Source of the DNA: Limnothrix sp. BL-A-16
GTDB lineage: Bacteria > Cyanobacteriota > Cyanobacteriia > CACIAM-69d
Assembly: GCA_041937175.2 (NCBI GenBank)
Contig: CP166615.1
Coordinates: forward strand, 2,080,001-2,144,000
Reading direction: 5' to 3'
Length of the DNA: 64,000 nucleotides
The notes under the pieces are model-generated. The model ran no database searches. It saw only the letters and a list, made by a program, of their open reading frames with translations, and was not told the origin of the DNA. The position numbers and the translations under genes are program-made. Positions 29,802-41,161 of the stretch are shown in pieces; the first letter of the stretch is position 1, and the number at the start of each line of letters is the position of its first letter.

Positions 29802-30650
29802 CTAGGCCACCAACCCCGGAGTTGTCGTTTCCGGCACATGGTTCACCTGGGCCCAACCGCTAAATACCAATTGTTGGCCGCGGGTTTCGATCGTGTTGAT
29901 CCGCAGGGTCACCCCATCCAAATTGAAGCGATCGAGATCCACCAACTGATCCAAAACTTTGCCGAGCTGCTCACTGGCCGAAGCCGCCAGGGCGATCATT
30001 TCTTCGCCCAGAGCCGCGCGATCGGGCAGGCCATCGGGATCAAATTGGCAATTCAAAAACCGCAACCGACGGCGGCGCTCAATGCCCAAGGTCGCTTGCA
30101 GGGCGATCGGCACCGGTTGATCGGCCCCAAAACAAGCCTGGGCGCTAAGGGCAATGCGGTTACTGGCCAGCAAGCGCACCTGAAGCGATTGGAACGAAAC
30201 GCTTTCAGCCTTGGCCAGCTCGCCCCCTGGCAAGTTCTGCCAATCCTGGAGCGGCAAATTTTCCAAATGTTGAACGACCAAGGGAGCCGTGAAAGCCCGG
30301 TTGATATCTTCCTCTAGCAGCACCACCTTCGCGATCGCCTGGGTGGGTTGGCGCAGCGACAATCGCCCCTGCAACAGGCCCGCAAAGTCGATCGACACCG
30401 CATCGGTCTCGAATTCCATGGCCTCTGTGCGGAAGGCATGGCGAATCACCAAGCCCGAACCGGACATCTGGAAGCGATCGACCTGACCTTGCAGCAGCTT
30501 GATCGGCGGCGTACAGTCCACCCGCACCTCCACCCGATCGCTCGCGGTGAACAGGTGGCGGATAACCTGAGTAGCCACAACACTCAGCAACTGTTCGCCC
30601 CAGTCGGCACTTGGCATACTCGAAAACCTAGTTATCGATCCAAACATCAT
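29802..30650 (-). CDS. DUF2993 (LmeA-like phospholipid-binding) protein
   Basis: KLLQG.VD.F.MSG.GLVI...FRT....ETDAVSIDF...L.QPTQAIA.V.L.E.DINRAF. Confidence 0.8.
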   Translation of the reverse strand: MMFGSITRFSSMPSADWGEQLLSVVATQVIRHLFTASDRVEVRVDCTPPIKLLQGQVDRFQMSGSGLVIRHAFRTEAMEFETDAVSIDFAGLLQGRLSLRQPTQAIAKVVLLEEDINRAFTAPLVVQHLENLPLQDWQNLPGGELAKAESVSFQSLQVRLLASNRIALSAQACFGADQPVPIALQATLGIERRRRLRFLNCQFDPDGLPDRAALGEEMIALAASASEQLGKVLDQLVDLDRFNLDGVTLRINTIETRGQQLVFSGWAQVNHVPETTTPGLVA

Positions 30651-30905
30651 TTCAGCTAGCGATCAGTCGTTGGGATCTTGCTCCGGGGGACTGCCATCAA
30701 CCACGCATCACCCATGGCATTTTTCAGTTTCCTGCCCGATTCGCAGACCACCTGGGGTTGATTACTTTGATTTAGCAGCCTTTATTAAGAATCTTTTAAA
30801 ATTATTATGACAGAATATGACAAAAAACAACCCATCCCTTAAATTGCCCAATCAAAACGACTGATGCTGATCATTTTTACGGCTCAAGATTTTTGTCATT
30901 ATTTC

Positions 30906-31027
30906 AATACAGCCCTTACCTCGCTTAATAAGTACAGCGAACTGTAGGGTGAGCAATGCCCACCGACTAACAGCTTCGTAATCATCTGCGATCTGACGTA
31001 CCAATCGTTTGAGGTAAAGGCTATATT
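30906..31027. mobile_element. Small inverted-repeat element (MITE/REPIN-like) enclosing a REP-like core
   Basis: TACAGCCCTTACCTC (30908-30922) vs GAGGTAAAGGCTATA (31011-31025), 13/15 inverted; inner GTAGGGTGAGCAATGCCCACCGAC. Confidence 0.55.
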
Positions 31028-31528
31028 TGGTATTCCAGTTAACAATTATTTTCTTGAATTTTGATTATCTCATTTGCCTGAAATCTAGATTTTATTTCAG
31101 AAATTCTTGGATCAGCAATCGCTTCAACCTTGCTTCAGTGCCAATTTTCCAAGAGTCAAAATCCTGAGCAAAGTCCTAAGGTCGAGTTTTTTTGATTGCA
31201 ACCATGGAATTCTGTGTTGAATCTAATATTAGAAAAATCAATCAATAACATCAATAAAAACGATATTATAAATTCTATGAAATTCCATAAAAGCAATTTG
31301 AATGGTTAGTTTTGGCATGGTCAAGGGCGAGCCATCTCTTAATAGCCTACCCCCAATCATTGGGCAGATTTGCGTTTTCAACTTTCAGCTTTCAACGGGG
31401 AGCCAAAGGGCTGCCACAGCCTCACTCGCCACTGCTCCAAACAAGGCCATAAGACACGACACCAATTCAGCCCCATTCAGCGCAAACTTAGCAAATTCCC
31501 AACCCGATCGCCCTTGGAGCAAGGGAAA

Positions 31529-32338
31529 CTAGGCAGGAAACTGATTAAAGAAGGTGGCGATTTCTTGAAATGCCTGTTCGCGATCATAGTCCAGCGTCAG
31601 GATATGGTCTGATTTTTCCAACCAGCAAAGACGCTTGGACGAAGAACCCAGGGACTCAAAAAGATACAGCGCACCTTGGGGGTTCACCACCCGATCGCGC
31701 TTCGGTTGCACAATCAGCGTTGGAACCGTAATTTCCCCTAAGCGGGGCCGCACTTGTTGAATCAGCGCCAACGCACTCTGCACAGCGCCCAGGTGAAAGG
31801 AGCGATAGGGCGCGACCCGATCGGCCGCTGCCCGTCCTTCCGGATCCGCAATGGCCAAGGCCGATCGGGGCACTTCCTTCAACAGCGGATAAACCCAAGG
31901 CAACAACTGTTCCGCCGAGGGCAACCAGGCCGCAGGGCGAACAATTGCCATAAACGGACTCAGCAGCACCAACCCCCCGATCGATCGCTGGAGGGCTAGC
32001 CGCAATGCCAAGGGACAACCCGTGGAAAATCCGATCACCACCACCTGGGTATGGGACTGAGCCAGGCGATCGAACGCGGTCTCCGCCGCCTGATACCAAT
32101 CTTCCCAGCGGGAATTGGGCATTTTCGGGCCCGGTTGGTCATGGCCCGGATAGGCGATCGCCTCCACTGTCCATCCCAAATTCAACAACAATGGTGCTAA
32201 CGGCCGCATTTCATAGGGCCCGCCCCCCAAACCATGCAAACAGAGCACCGCCCGCGAGCGATCGGGTGTGGCAACCACTTGAAAGGGCTGATTATCTAAC
32301 GTTGCGAACGAAAAGGGGAAACCCGACTGATTCGACAT
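31529..32338 (-). CDS. Alpha/beta hydrolase (carboxylesterase-like)
   Basis: LCLHGLGG, GFSTG nucleophile elbow, D (RDRVV) and H (SDHIL). Confidence 0.85.
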   Translation of the reverse strand: MSNQSGFPFSFATLDNQPFQVVATPDRSRAVLCLHGLGGGPYEMRPLAPLLLNLGWTVEAIAYPGHDQPGPKMPNSRWEDWYQAAETAFDRLAQSHTQVVVIGFSTGCPLALRLALQRSIGGLVLLSPFMAIVRPAAWLPSAEQLLPWVYPLLKEVPRSALAIADPEGRAAADRVAPYRSFHLGAVQSALALIQQVRPRLGEITVPTLIVQPKRDRVVNPQGALYLFESLGSSSKRLCWLEKSDHILTLDYDREQAFQEIATFFNQFPA

Positions 32339-33768
32339 GGCTGAAGTTTGATCGTTAGCAGCAGTCTTGAACTATTATTCTCGGGGCTGATGAACTTTTG
32401 TCCTCAAGCTCTTCCAAAATAGTCTGCCGCAAAATTAGGTCGCCTCTCCGCAGCAGCAACTGACCCGCCACCCAAACCTTGTCAATCCCCAAAACCCAAT
32501 CAAAGCTCCAGGAATTTCTAGATTGAGGCATTGTCGGATTAAGTTTTGATCAAATATCCAATAAAACTTAAATAAAAACCGAATCAAGGCTTGATCAATA
32601 TCCAGTTCAACTAATGTTGAATCAATCTTCAGTTAATTTGGAGTAGATTTTTCAGCAATCTTTAATCAATTTTAAGGCAATTTTAAAACAGACTTGAGAC
32701 AATTTCAATTTACGAAATTCCATTACAAAATCAATCAAATCTTGATTGAATATCATCATAAATCCTATAGATTTCAAATAAAGATCTAATAAAAGCTCAA
32801 TGAAAATTATACGAAAACAAAAAAGTATTATAATTGCGTTACTATAAAAGATTAAGCTGGAACATCAAAATCAGATAGATTTCTTCGAGATTTTTGTTGA
32901 TCTCAGTGTTTTTTCCTGAAATAGTCAAGATTTTTTGCTGATCTTACTTAAGATCCCTCTAGCCATGAGCCATCCAAAGTCATGATCCCAACCGATCGAC
33001 CATGGCCCTTGAATTGAGATCGTAACGCTCCGCTACAAAGAAGACAATCCTGATTGGAGACTGAATAAACAGAAGATCTATTTCAGCCTATTAACCATGA
33101 TCATTAAAAGATTCACAGGGTTTTAGACTAGGCTTTGGAGGACAGGACGACACCCTAAGATACTTTCGCGTTGAAAAGTGGCTTAGGTGTGACCTGTCTG
33201 TAATGGACTGACCCGATCAAATAATCAAATGGTCGCTTTTGGTGTGGGGGAAGCGACTTGGGATGGGTTGGAGGCTCTTGGCGGGAACATTTAGAGGAGC
33301 GTGGCGTAAATCAACGTAAATCAAGGGGTTAACGAAAGGAACGATCGCGCGGCCGCCTTTTCTTGAATTGGGTTTGTCGATTACGATCGCATCAAAATCG
33401 TTACTCTCAAACCACCATTACCCTCACCCAGCCCCAGTGCCACCCTAAGACACCGGTTTCGTTAGCCGGGCCCAAACTCGCCATCTCGACCCTGGAGAGG
33501 CGACTGGCTCCCAGCTAGCCATCACAAACACTAGACAGCCTTTGATCCATCATTTCCATGGCTCAAAACCCATTCGCTATTCTGCGCCCGCAGGCACTGT
33601 GCTGAGGTTTCAGCAATCCCCTTTCGTTAGGATCACCATCGAACGCTCATCAAGGTTGGGCGGTGGCTGCTGTCATGATGTCGTCAGGCGATCGCCCGCT
33701 AATGCTCAAAACAGAACCAATTTGAGCAGTTTAATCAAACGTTTAACTCAATGAAGACTGGGTAGGAT

Positions 33769-36090
33769 GTGATCGATCGAATGGAGGCGGAAGTCGAGCT
33801 ACAGCGTCAATACTGGCGATCGAAACTGTTCGCAGAAATCGCCCTCAAAATTCACCAGTCATCACGGGTGGATACGATCCTGCAAACCATGGTCACGGAA
33901 GTGCAGCGGATGTTGCAGTGCGATCGGGTCTTGGTTTACCAATTCGATGCACAGCGGCAAGGCTCCTTTGTGGTGGAGGCTACTGGCAATGGCCCCTATT
34001 CCCTGTTGGGCAAAACCATTTCTGACCCCTGCTTCACGACCCACTATCACCAGAAATATCTTGAAGGGCGCACCTCGGCCATTGACGACGTGGAAACCGC
34101 CCGGATTTCGGTTTGCCATCGCCAACTGCTGCGCCAGTTCGGCGTGCAGGCCAATTTGGTCGTACCGATTTTGCAGCCGGTGATTGAGCCAGATCGCTCT
34201 CAAAACCAATTGTGGGGACTGCTGTTGGCTCACCATTGCCAGGGGCCGCGCCAGTGGCAACCCTTTGAGCAAGACCTGTTGCAACAAATTGCGGTGCAGG
34301 CGGGGGTGGCCTTGGGGCAATTCCAATTGGTGTCGGCTTTGCGGGAAAGTGAGGCGCGGTACGCCTTAGCTGTGCGGGGGGCCAATGACGGGCTATGGGA
34401 TTGGGATTTTTTGACCAATCGGGTTTATTTTTCGCCCCGCTGGAAGGCATTGTTGGGCTACCGCGATTCGGAGGTGGGTGACCAGCCCCAAGAATGGCTT
34501 GATCGGGTTTATGTGGATGATCAAGCCCAATTGCGAGCGGAGCTAGATGCCCACTTGCAGGGCCGCAGTGACCACTTTGAAAGTGAGCACCGCATTCGCC
34601 ATGCGGATGGTTCCGTGCGCTGGGTGCTCTGTCGGGGGTTGGCAATTCGGGATGGGCGGGGCCATGTGTTGCGGATGGCGGGATCGCTGGCGGATATCCA
34701 TGAGCGCAAGTTGGTGGAGTCGCGGTTGCTGCATGATGCGCTCCATGATGCCCTGACGGGGCTGCCCAATCGGGCCCTGTTTATCGATCGGTTGGGTCAA
34801 ACCATGGCGATCGCCCGTCGCCAACGCAATCACCATTTTGCGGTGCTGTTTTTAGATCTCGATCGCTTCAAGGTGGTGAACGATAGTTTGGGTCACCTCT
34901 GTGGCGATCGGCTCTTGGTGGAACTGGCGAACCGGTTGCGCACCTGTGTGCGGCCCCAGGATACGGTGGCGCGGCTGGGGGGCGATGAATTTGCCATTTT
35001 GCTGACGGATTTGGATCAGCCGGAAATTGCCACCCGCGCCGCCGAGCGAGTGCAGTTGGCCCTGAAGGCTCCCTTTGATGTGGATGGCCACGAATTCACG
35101 ATCACCACCAGTATTGGCATTGCTTTTGGCACGCCGGAATATGCCCGGCCGGGGGATGTGCTGCGGGATGCGGATTTGGCCATGTATCGGGCGAAGGAGT
35201 TGGGCCGCAATTGCTACGCGGCGTTCGATCGCTCCTTCCGCGAGCGGGTGATTGCGCAACTGCACCTGGAGCGCGATTTGCGCCGGGCCATGGAGCGGCA
35301 AGAATTTTTCCTGACCTATCAACCAATCGTGGATTTGGCCACGGGCCGGGTTGCCAGCCTGGAGGCCCTGGTGCGTTGGCATCATCCCGATCGGGGGTTG
35401 GTGAGTCCGGCGGAATTTATCCCCATGGCTGAAGAAACCGGCACGATTATTCCCCTGGGCGAATGGATTTTGCGGGAAGCTTGCCAGCAAATGATGGTTT
35501 GGTTACAGGCCATTCCCAGCCTGCGATCGGCCCATGGGTGGGCCGGGCTAAGTGTGAGTGTGAACCTGTCGGCGCGGCAGTTTACCCAGCCCAATTTGGC
35601 CCAGTCCATTGAAGGCATTGTGGCGGAAACGGGACTGCCTCCGCAGCACCTGAAGTTGGAAATTACCGAAAGCGTGGTGATGGCGGATGCCAAAACGGCG
35701 GAGGCCCTGTTGCGGAAACTGCGCGATCGGGGCATTCAACTGAGTATTGATGACTTTGGCACGGGCTATTCATCCCTCAGCTATTTGCAACGCTTCCCGA
35801 TCGACACGATCAAGATCGATCGCTCCTTTGTCACCCGCAGCCCAGACCAGGAGAGCAATTGGGCCATTGTCCGGGCAATAATTGCCCTGGCGGAATCCCT
35901 GGGGATGGATACGGTGGCGGAAGGGATTGAGACGATCGAGCAGTTGCGACAGTTGCAATCGATGGACTGTTCCTATGGTCAAGGCTATTGGTTTTCCCGC
36001 CCGATCGATGGAGAAGCGACGGGGCAATTGCTGCTGAAAACTTTTGAGTTACCCCGATTGCCCTTGGCCTTGCGGGGCGACGATCGCTAG
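33769..36090 (+). CDS. Cyanobacteriochrome GAF-PAS-GGDEF-EAL protein
   Basis: GAF with DPCF and CH cysteines; PAS/PAC; RPQD I-site plus GGDEF; EALVRW, DDFGTGYSSL. Confidence 0.9.
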   Translation: MIDRMEAEVELQRQYWRSKLFAEIALKIHQSSRVDTILQTMVTEVQRMLQCDRVLVYQFDAQRQGSFVVEATGNGPYSLLGKTISDPCFTTHYHQKYLEGRTSAIDDVETARISVCHRQLLRQFGVQANLVVPILQPVIEPDRSQNQLWGLLLAHHCQGPRQWQPFEQDLLQQIAVQAGVALGQFQLVSALRESEARYALAVRGANDGLWDWDFLTNRVYFSPRWKALLGYRDSEVGDQPQEWLDRVYVDDQAQLRAELDAHLQGRSDHFESEHRIRHADGSVRWVLCRGLAIRDGRGHVLRMAGSLADIHERKLVESRLLHDALHDALTGLPNRALFIDRLGQTMAIARRQRNHHFAVLFLDLDRFKVVNDSLGHLCGDRLLVELANRLRTCVRPQDTVARLGGDEFAILLTDLDQPEIATRAAERVQLALKAPFDVDGHEFTITTSIGIAFGTPEYARPGDVLRDADLAMYRAKELGRNCYAAFDRSFRERVIAQLHLERDLRRAMERQEFFLTYQPIVDLATGRVASLEALVRWHHPDRGLVSPAEFIPMAEETGTIIPLGEWILREACQQMMVWLQAIPSLRSAHGWAGLSVSVNLSARQFTQPNLAQSIEGIVAETGLPPQHLKLEITESVVMADAKTAEALLRKLRDRGIQLSIDDFGTGYSSLSYLQRFPIDTIKIDRSFVTRSPDQESNWAIVRAIIALAESLGMDTVAEGIETIEQLRQLQSMDCSYGQGYWFSRPIDGEATGQLLLKTFELPRLPLALRGDDR

Positions 36091-36234
36091 ACCCCAAAAC
36101 TAGACCCCAAGACTCAACCGGGCCCTGCTCCTCGATGGGAATCCGAGCTGGGGATCCGATTCGCTGAGCGACGGGTTCAAGATAAGCATCACCCGCCCCA
36201 TCGGCCCCTTGGCTAACATGCTGGGCGCAATTGC

Positions 36235-37194
36235 CTAGCTCAAGAGTTCCAAAGTGCCCGCCTCCCCATCCAACCGGGCCAACGTGCCCACGGGCAAGGC
36301 CGCATTCGGGGGTTCATGGCCAAAGGGCAACCCGGAAACGATCGGGAGGCCCAAATCTCCCAGCCGATCGCGCAGCACTTCCGCCATGGAGCAACTGGGC
36401 CGGTTGGGCGGCGGGTCGCAGGCGGTGAAATGGCCGATCGCGATGCCCCCGATCGCCCGCAATAGCCCGCTCAAACGCCACTGGGTCAACAGCCGATCGA
36501 TTCGGTAGGGATATTCCGTCACGTCCTCGATCGCCAAAATCGCCCCTTCTAAAGCGGGCTGCAACGGTGTATTGAGCAGATTGGCAATCACCGTCAGGTT
36601 CCCCGGAAACAGGCGACCCACCACGGCCCCGCCGCCCCAACCCTGGCCTTGAAGCGGCTCCAAGGGCTGACCGGCCAACAAATTAAACAGGCGATCGACC
36701 GTCCAGGCCGGTTCCTGTCCCAAGGTGGCAAGCAAAGGCCCATGCACACTCGCCACCCCTTGCCGGGCCAAACTCCACAACAGGGCCGTAATGTCCGAAA
36801 ACCCAACCAACCACAGGGGCGATCGCCCTTGATCCACCATTAACGCCGCTCCCCGACCGGCAAACAGCGGCCAATCCCAATTCTCCAGCAATCGAGCCGA
36901 ACCATAGCCCCCGCGCGCACAGACGATCGCTCGACAACCGGGATCCGCCAAGGCCGCCGCCAGTTGCGATCGGCGTTGGGCATCAGTGCCCGCCAAAAAT
37001 CCCGTTTGTGCATCCCAACCGGCGGCAAACTGCACCCGAAAGCCCCGGTCTTGCCAAATTTCCACCCCCCGGGCGATCGCCGCCGAATCCAAAACCGGCC
37101 CGCTGGGGGCAATCACCCACACCCGATCGCCCGGCTCCAGCGGCATCGGAAATTGTGTGGCCCTTGGGCCGCCAAATGCCTGCATTCTCTTCAT
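36235..37194 (-). CDS. LD-carboxypeptidase (peptidase S66)
   Basis: VIAPSG, ARGGYG, GFSDIT, EDV.E..YRIDR, FGH; start uncertain. Confidence 0.88.
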   Translation of the reverse strand: MKRMQAFGGPRATQFPMPLEPGDRVWVIAPSGPVLDSAAIARGVEIWQDRGFRVQFAAGWDAQTGFLAGTDAQRRSQLAAALADPGCRAIVCARGGYGSARLLENWDWPLFAGRGAALMVDQGRSPLWLVGFSDITALLWSLARQGVASVHGPLLATLGQEPAWTVDRLFNLLAGQPLEPLQGQGWGGGAVVGRLFPGNLTVIANLLNTPLQPALEGAILAIEDVTEYPYRIDRLLTQWRLSGLLRAIGGIAIGHFTACDPPPNRPSCSMAEVLRDRLGDLGLPIVSGLPFGHEPPNAALPVGTLARLDGEAGTLELLS

Positions 37195-37377
37195 TTCTCC
37201 CCAAACGCTTCAACCTGCTGACGACTAGACCGGCTGGCGGCGACGATCGCACAACCCTTGACCAGCGGGGCGATCGCGCTGTTACACCCACCGAGCGATT
37301 TCGTCCACACCCATCCTGAGTCGGAAATCCGCATAATCGTTAATAGCAGCCATGGCGACGGACTGGAAGCCATTGCG

Positions 37378-37395
37378 TTAACATTAGTTAACAAC
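37378..37395 (+). promoter_or_regulatory. Possible HLR1 (RpaB) site upstream of ftsH
   Basis: TTAACATT-AG-TTAACAAC direct repeat with 2-nt spacer, 7/8 and 6/8 to KTTACAWW. Confidence 0.4.
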
Positions 37396-37475
37396 CAGTT
37401 AATTTTTGAGCTACGGCAAGTACAGCCCTGGCATAACAAACGCCCTGGCAGAACGCCTTTTAGGAGGATGCACCA

Positions 37476-39314
37476 GTGAATAAACGGTGGAGAAATGCCG
37501 GACTCTATGCCCTGTTGGCGATCGTAATCATCGCCCTGGGTACAGCGTTCTTCGATCGACAGCCCCAAACCCGCGAAACCTGGCGCTACAGCCAATTCGT
37601 GCAGGAAGTACAAGCCAAGAAGGTCGATCGGGTGCGGATTAGCGCCGATCGCTCCCGGGCCTTGGCCACCACCGAAGACGGCAGCACCGTGTTGGTGAAC
37701 CTGCCCAACGATCCGGAAATCATCAATATCCTGACCAGCAACAACGTTGATATTTCCGTGCAACCGCCCAGCGACGAAGGCTTCTGGTTCCGGGCCCTGA
37801 GCAGCCTGTTCCTGCCGATTCTGCTGCTGGTGGGTCTGTTCTTCCTGTTGCGGCGGGCCCAAGGTGGCGCGGGCAACCCGGCCATGAACTTTGGCAAATC
37901 GCGGGCCCGGGTGCAAATGGAACCCCAAACCCAAATCACCTTCAACGACGTGGCGGGCATTGAGCAAGCCAAGTTGGAGCTGACGGAAGTGGTGGACTTC
38001 CTGAAAAATGCCGATCGCTTCACCGCCGTGGGTGCAAAGATTCCCAAGGGCGTGCTGCTGGTGGGCCCTCCGGGAACCGGTAAAACCCTGCTGGCGCGGG
38101 CGGTGGCTGGCGAAGCGGGCGTGCCTTTCTTCAGCATCTCCGGTTCGGAATTTGTGGAAATGTTTGTGGGTGTGGGGGCTTCCCGCGTGCGCGACCTGTT
38201 TGAGCAGGCCAAGCAAAATGCCCCTTGCATTGTGTTCATCGATGAAATCGACGCGGTGGGTCGTCAGCGGGGCGCAGGTCTCGGCGGCGGCAACGACGAG
38301 CGCGAACAAACCCTGAACCAACTGCTGACCGAAATGGACGGCTTCGAGGGCAACACGGGGATCATCGTGATCGCGGCCACCAACCGCCCCGATGTGTTGG
38401 ATGCGGCGCTGATGCGTCCCGGCCGGTTCGATCGCCAAGTGGTGGTCGATCGCCCCGACTTCAACGGCCGCCTAGAAATTCTGGGTGTCCACTCGCGCGG
38501 CAAGTCCCTCTCGAAGGATATGGATCTGGAGCGGATTGCTCGCCGTACCCCCGGCTTTACCGGTGCGGATTTGTCAAACTTGCTGAACGAAGCGGCAATT
38601 TTGGCTGCCCGTCGCAATTTGACGGAAATCTCGATGGACGAAATCAACGACGCGATCGACCGGATTTTGGCCGGCCCCGAAAAGAAAGATCGCGTGATGA
38701 GCGAAAAGCGCAAGACCCTGGTGGCCTACCACGAAGCCGGTCACGCCCTGGTGGGTGCGCTGATGCCCGACTACGACCCGGTGCAAAAAATCAGCATCAT
38801 CCCGCGCGGCCAAGCCGGCGGCTTGACCTGGTTTGCGCCCAGTGAAGATCGGATGGATTCGGGTCTCTATTCCCGCTCCTATCTGGAAAATCAAATGGCG
38901 GTGGCCCTGGGCGGCCGCTTGGCGGAAGAAATCATCTTTGGCGAAGAGGAAGTGACCACGGGCGCTTCCAACGACCTGCAACAGGTGACCCGCGTGGCTC
39001 GCCAGATGGTGACCCGCTTTGGCATGAGCGATCGCCTGGGCCCGGTGGCCCTGGGTCGCCAGCAAGGCAACATGTTCCTGGGGCGCGACATTGCCTCCGA
39101 GCGCGACTTCTCGGAAGAGACGGCCGCCGCGATCGATGAGGAAGTCCGCAACCTGGTGGATCAAGCCTACCGCCGCGCCAAGCAAGTGCTGCAAGAAAAC
39201 CGCGCCGTGCTCGATCGCCTGGCCCAAATGCTGGTGGAAAAAGAAACCGTTGATGCCCAGGAATTGCAAGACCTGCTGAACGAAAGCGATGTGAAAATGG
39301 CCGCGATCGCCTAG
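37476..39314 (+). CDS. ftsH3: ATP-dependent zinc metalloprotease FtsH (FtsH3 clade)
   Basis: [13 protein letters not shown]-terminus, [17 protein letters not shown]. Confidence 0.93.
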   Translation: MNKRWRNAGLYALLAIVIIALGTAFFDRQPQTRETWRYSQFVQEVQAKKVDRVRISADRSRALATTEDGSTVLVNLPNDPEIINILTSNNVDISVQPPSDEGFWFRALSSLFLPILLLVGLFFLLRRAQGGAGNPAMNFGKSRARVQMEPQTQITFNDVAGIEQAKLELTEVVDFLKNADRFTAVGAKIPKGVLLVGPPGTGKTLLARAVAGEAGVPFFSISGSEFVEMFVGVGASRVRDLFEQAKQNAPCIVFIDEIDAVGRQRGAGLGGGNDEREQTLNQLLTEMDGFEGNTGIIVIAATNRPDVLDAALMRPGRFDRQVVVDRPDFNGRLEILGVHSRGKSLSKDMDLERIARRTPGFTGADLSNLLNEAAILAARRNLTEISMDEINDAIDRILAGPEKKDRVMSEKRKTLVAYHEAGHALVGALMPDYDPVQKISIIPRGQAGGLTWFAPSEDRMDSGLYSRSYLENQMAVALGGRLAEEIIFGEEEVTTGASNDLQQVTRVARQMVTRFGMSDRLGPVALGRQQGNMFLGRDIASERDFSEETAAAIDEEVRNLVDQAYRRAKQVLQENRAVLDRLAQMLVEKETVDAQELQDLLNESDVKMAAIA

Positions 39315-39446
39315 ATTGCCCATTGCCTTTGAGCATCACAATTCAAGGGGGGTGATCACAGGAAATCGACCTTGAAATCACCCCCAACGCTCAGAATCAG
39401 TGTTAGACTTCATGGCCTGAATTCAGCAAAGCTTTCATCTTCAAGC

Positions 39447-39484
39447 AAAATCCCCCACAGTCGATCGATTGCGGGGGATTTTTT
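39447..39484. terminator. Likely bidirectional terminator between convergent ftsH3 and msrB
   Basis: AAAATCCCCCACAGTC-gatc-GATTGCGGGGGATTTTTT. Confidence 0.75.
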
Positions 39485-39587
39485 CTTGGCTCAAAATGGG
39501 CTCGAGCCAGTTCTCGAAAAATTCGGTCAATCCTTCAGCGCCCCCTCAGCAGCCATTGAGCAAAAACTGATGGCAGCCGATCGCAAC

Positions 39588-39989
39588 TTAAGCCTGATTC
39601 GACTCAAATTTCAAGGAAGCAGAATTCATGCAGTAGCGCAGGCCGGTGGGCGGCGGGCCATCGTCAAACACATGGCCCAAGTGGGCCCCACAGTTGGCGC
39701 AATGCACCTCGGTGCGGGTCATCCAGAGGGCGCGATCGACCTGAGTTTCAATATTCTCCGGGGCGATCGGCTGCCAAAAACTGGGCCAACCGGTTCCCGA
39801 ATCGTATTTGGTATCTGAAATAAAAAGGGGCGTTCCACAGCAAACGCAGTTGTAGGTTCCGGGAGCCTTGTTATCCCAATGTTCTCCCGTGAACGCGCGT
39901 TCCGTGCCATGTTTGCGCGTCACTTGAAACTGTTCCGGAGTCAGTTGCGATTGCCATTCAGCATCGGTTTTTTGAATCTTAAAAGCCAT
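39588..39989 (-). CDS. msrB: Peptide-methionine (R)-S-oxide reductase
   Basis: GTERAFTG, Cxx[28 protein letters not shown]. Confidence 0.95.
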   Translation of the reverse strand: MAFKIQKTDAEWQSQLTPEQFQVTRKHGTERAFTGEHWDNKAPGTYNCVCCGTPLFISDTKYDSGTGWPSFWQPIAPENIETQVDRALWMTRTEVHCANCGAHLGHVFDDGPPPTGLRYCMNSASLKFESNQA

Positions 39990-40162
39990 GATCAAGAACG
40001 AAATGGGGGGTTAAAAACGGCGGCTGTTTTGCGCCAGAAATCTCTTCTATTGTGACAGATTTCTCGGGGTGAGCTGACTTGATCGAAAAAGCCAAACCTC
40101 AAGTCTGAAATTTCAGAGGAATTAGGTTTTTGGGATCAACACCTGGGGCCATTTAACCGTTC

Positions 40163-40942
40163 CTAAAGGGTGGGCGCGCTGCGGAACATCAGCCAGGACA
40201 GAAAGAAATTCACAACCAAAATCGCTAGCAAAGAGGTGACTACGGCGGAGGTGGTGGCTTGGCCCACGCCCTTGGCCCCGCCGCTGGTGGTCAGTCCCCA
40301 GCCACAGCCGATCGCGGCGATTAGCCCCCCGAAACAAGCGCCTTTGATGGCGGCGCAAAACAGATCCCGCACTTCCAAAAAGGTTTTCACGGAATCAAGA
40401 AATTCATAGTGGGTGATGCCAAAGCCCAGTTCCGAAATGGTCAGTCCCGCCAGCATGGCCGCCAACAGTCCCAATTCCGTGAGCAGGGGCAGCATGGTGC
40501 AACAGGCCAAAACCCGAGGCACAACTAAATAATCGATCGGGTCGGTGCGCAACACGTAGAGTGCATCGATTTGCTCCGTCACGCGCATGGTGCCAATTTC
40601 CGCTGCAAAAGCCGACCCCACCCGCCCGGCCAAAATCACGGCGGCAAAAACCGGCGACAGTTCCCGCGCCATGGCCACGGCCATCACGCCCCCGATCGCG
40701 GAGGTGGCTCCATATTTGATAAATTCGCGGGCTACTTGGATCGTAAACACCGCCCCGATCGACACGCCGGCCAGCAGCACAATGCCCAGGGAGTCGGGCC
40801 CCACCAGGTGCATTTGTTCGATCGTGTTGCGGCGGTGAATTTTGCCACGGCTGAGGTGAACCAGGGTTTGACCACCAATCAGGGCGGCCGCTTGCAAGCG
40901 CTGGGCCCACTGTCCTAATCGAGAATCCGCAAGCTTGGCCAT
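40163..40942 (-). CDS. mlaE: MlaE-family lipid ABC transporter permease
   Basis: AGRVGSAFAAEIGTMRVTEQIDAL, GAKGVG.ATT.AVV. Confidence 0.9.
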   Translation of the reverse strand: MAKLADSRLGQWAQRLQAAALIGGQTLVHLSRGKIHRRNTIEQMHLVGPDSLGIVLLAGVSIGAVFTIQVAREFIKYGATSAIGGVMAVAMARELSPVFAAVILAGRVGSAFAAEIGTMRVTEQIDALYVLRTDPIDYLVVPRVLACCTMLPLLTELGLLAAMLAGLTISELGFGITHYEFLDSVKTFLEVRDLFCAAIKGACFGGLIAAIGCGWGLTTSGGAKGVGQATTSAVVTSLLAILVVNFFLSWLMFRSAPTL

Positions 40943-41161
40943 GGGAACGGGCTGGGGAATGGGCGAACTGTTCCTAGTTTAGGGCGACTGTCTGGCTTGG
41001 CCATCGATCGCCCGTTCATGCTGCCATCCGAGCGATCGGCTGGGGGATATTCTCTGCGGCCAAGTGGCCAAGGTGGATCGATTTAGGCCTCCCCAGTCCC
41101 CGAGAAAGATGCCACACTGGGTTCAGTGAGCAACGTTCAATTCCTCACACAACCTTCAATC

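Noticed and set aside
41105..41135. GATGCC...TGAGCAAC upstream of WYL faintly resembles the CRISPR repeat (possible regulatory mini-array)
   Set aside because: Repeat hairpin missing, spacing wrong and no second pseudo-repeat found
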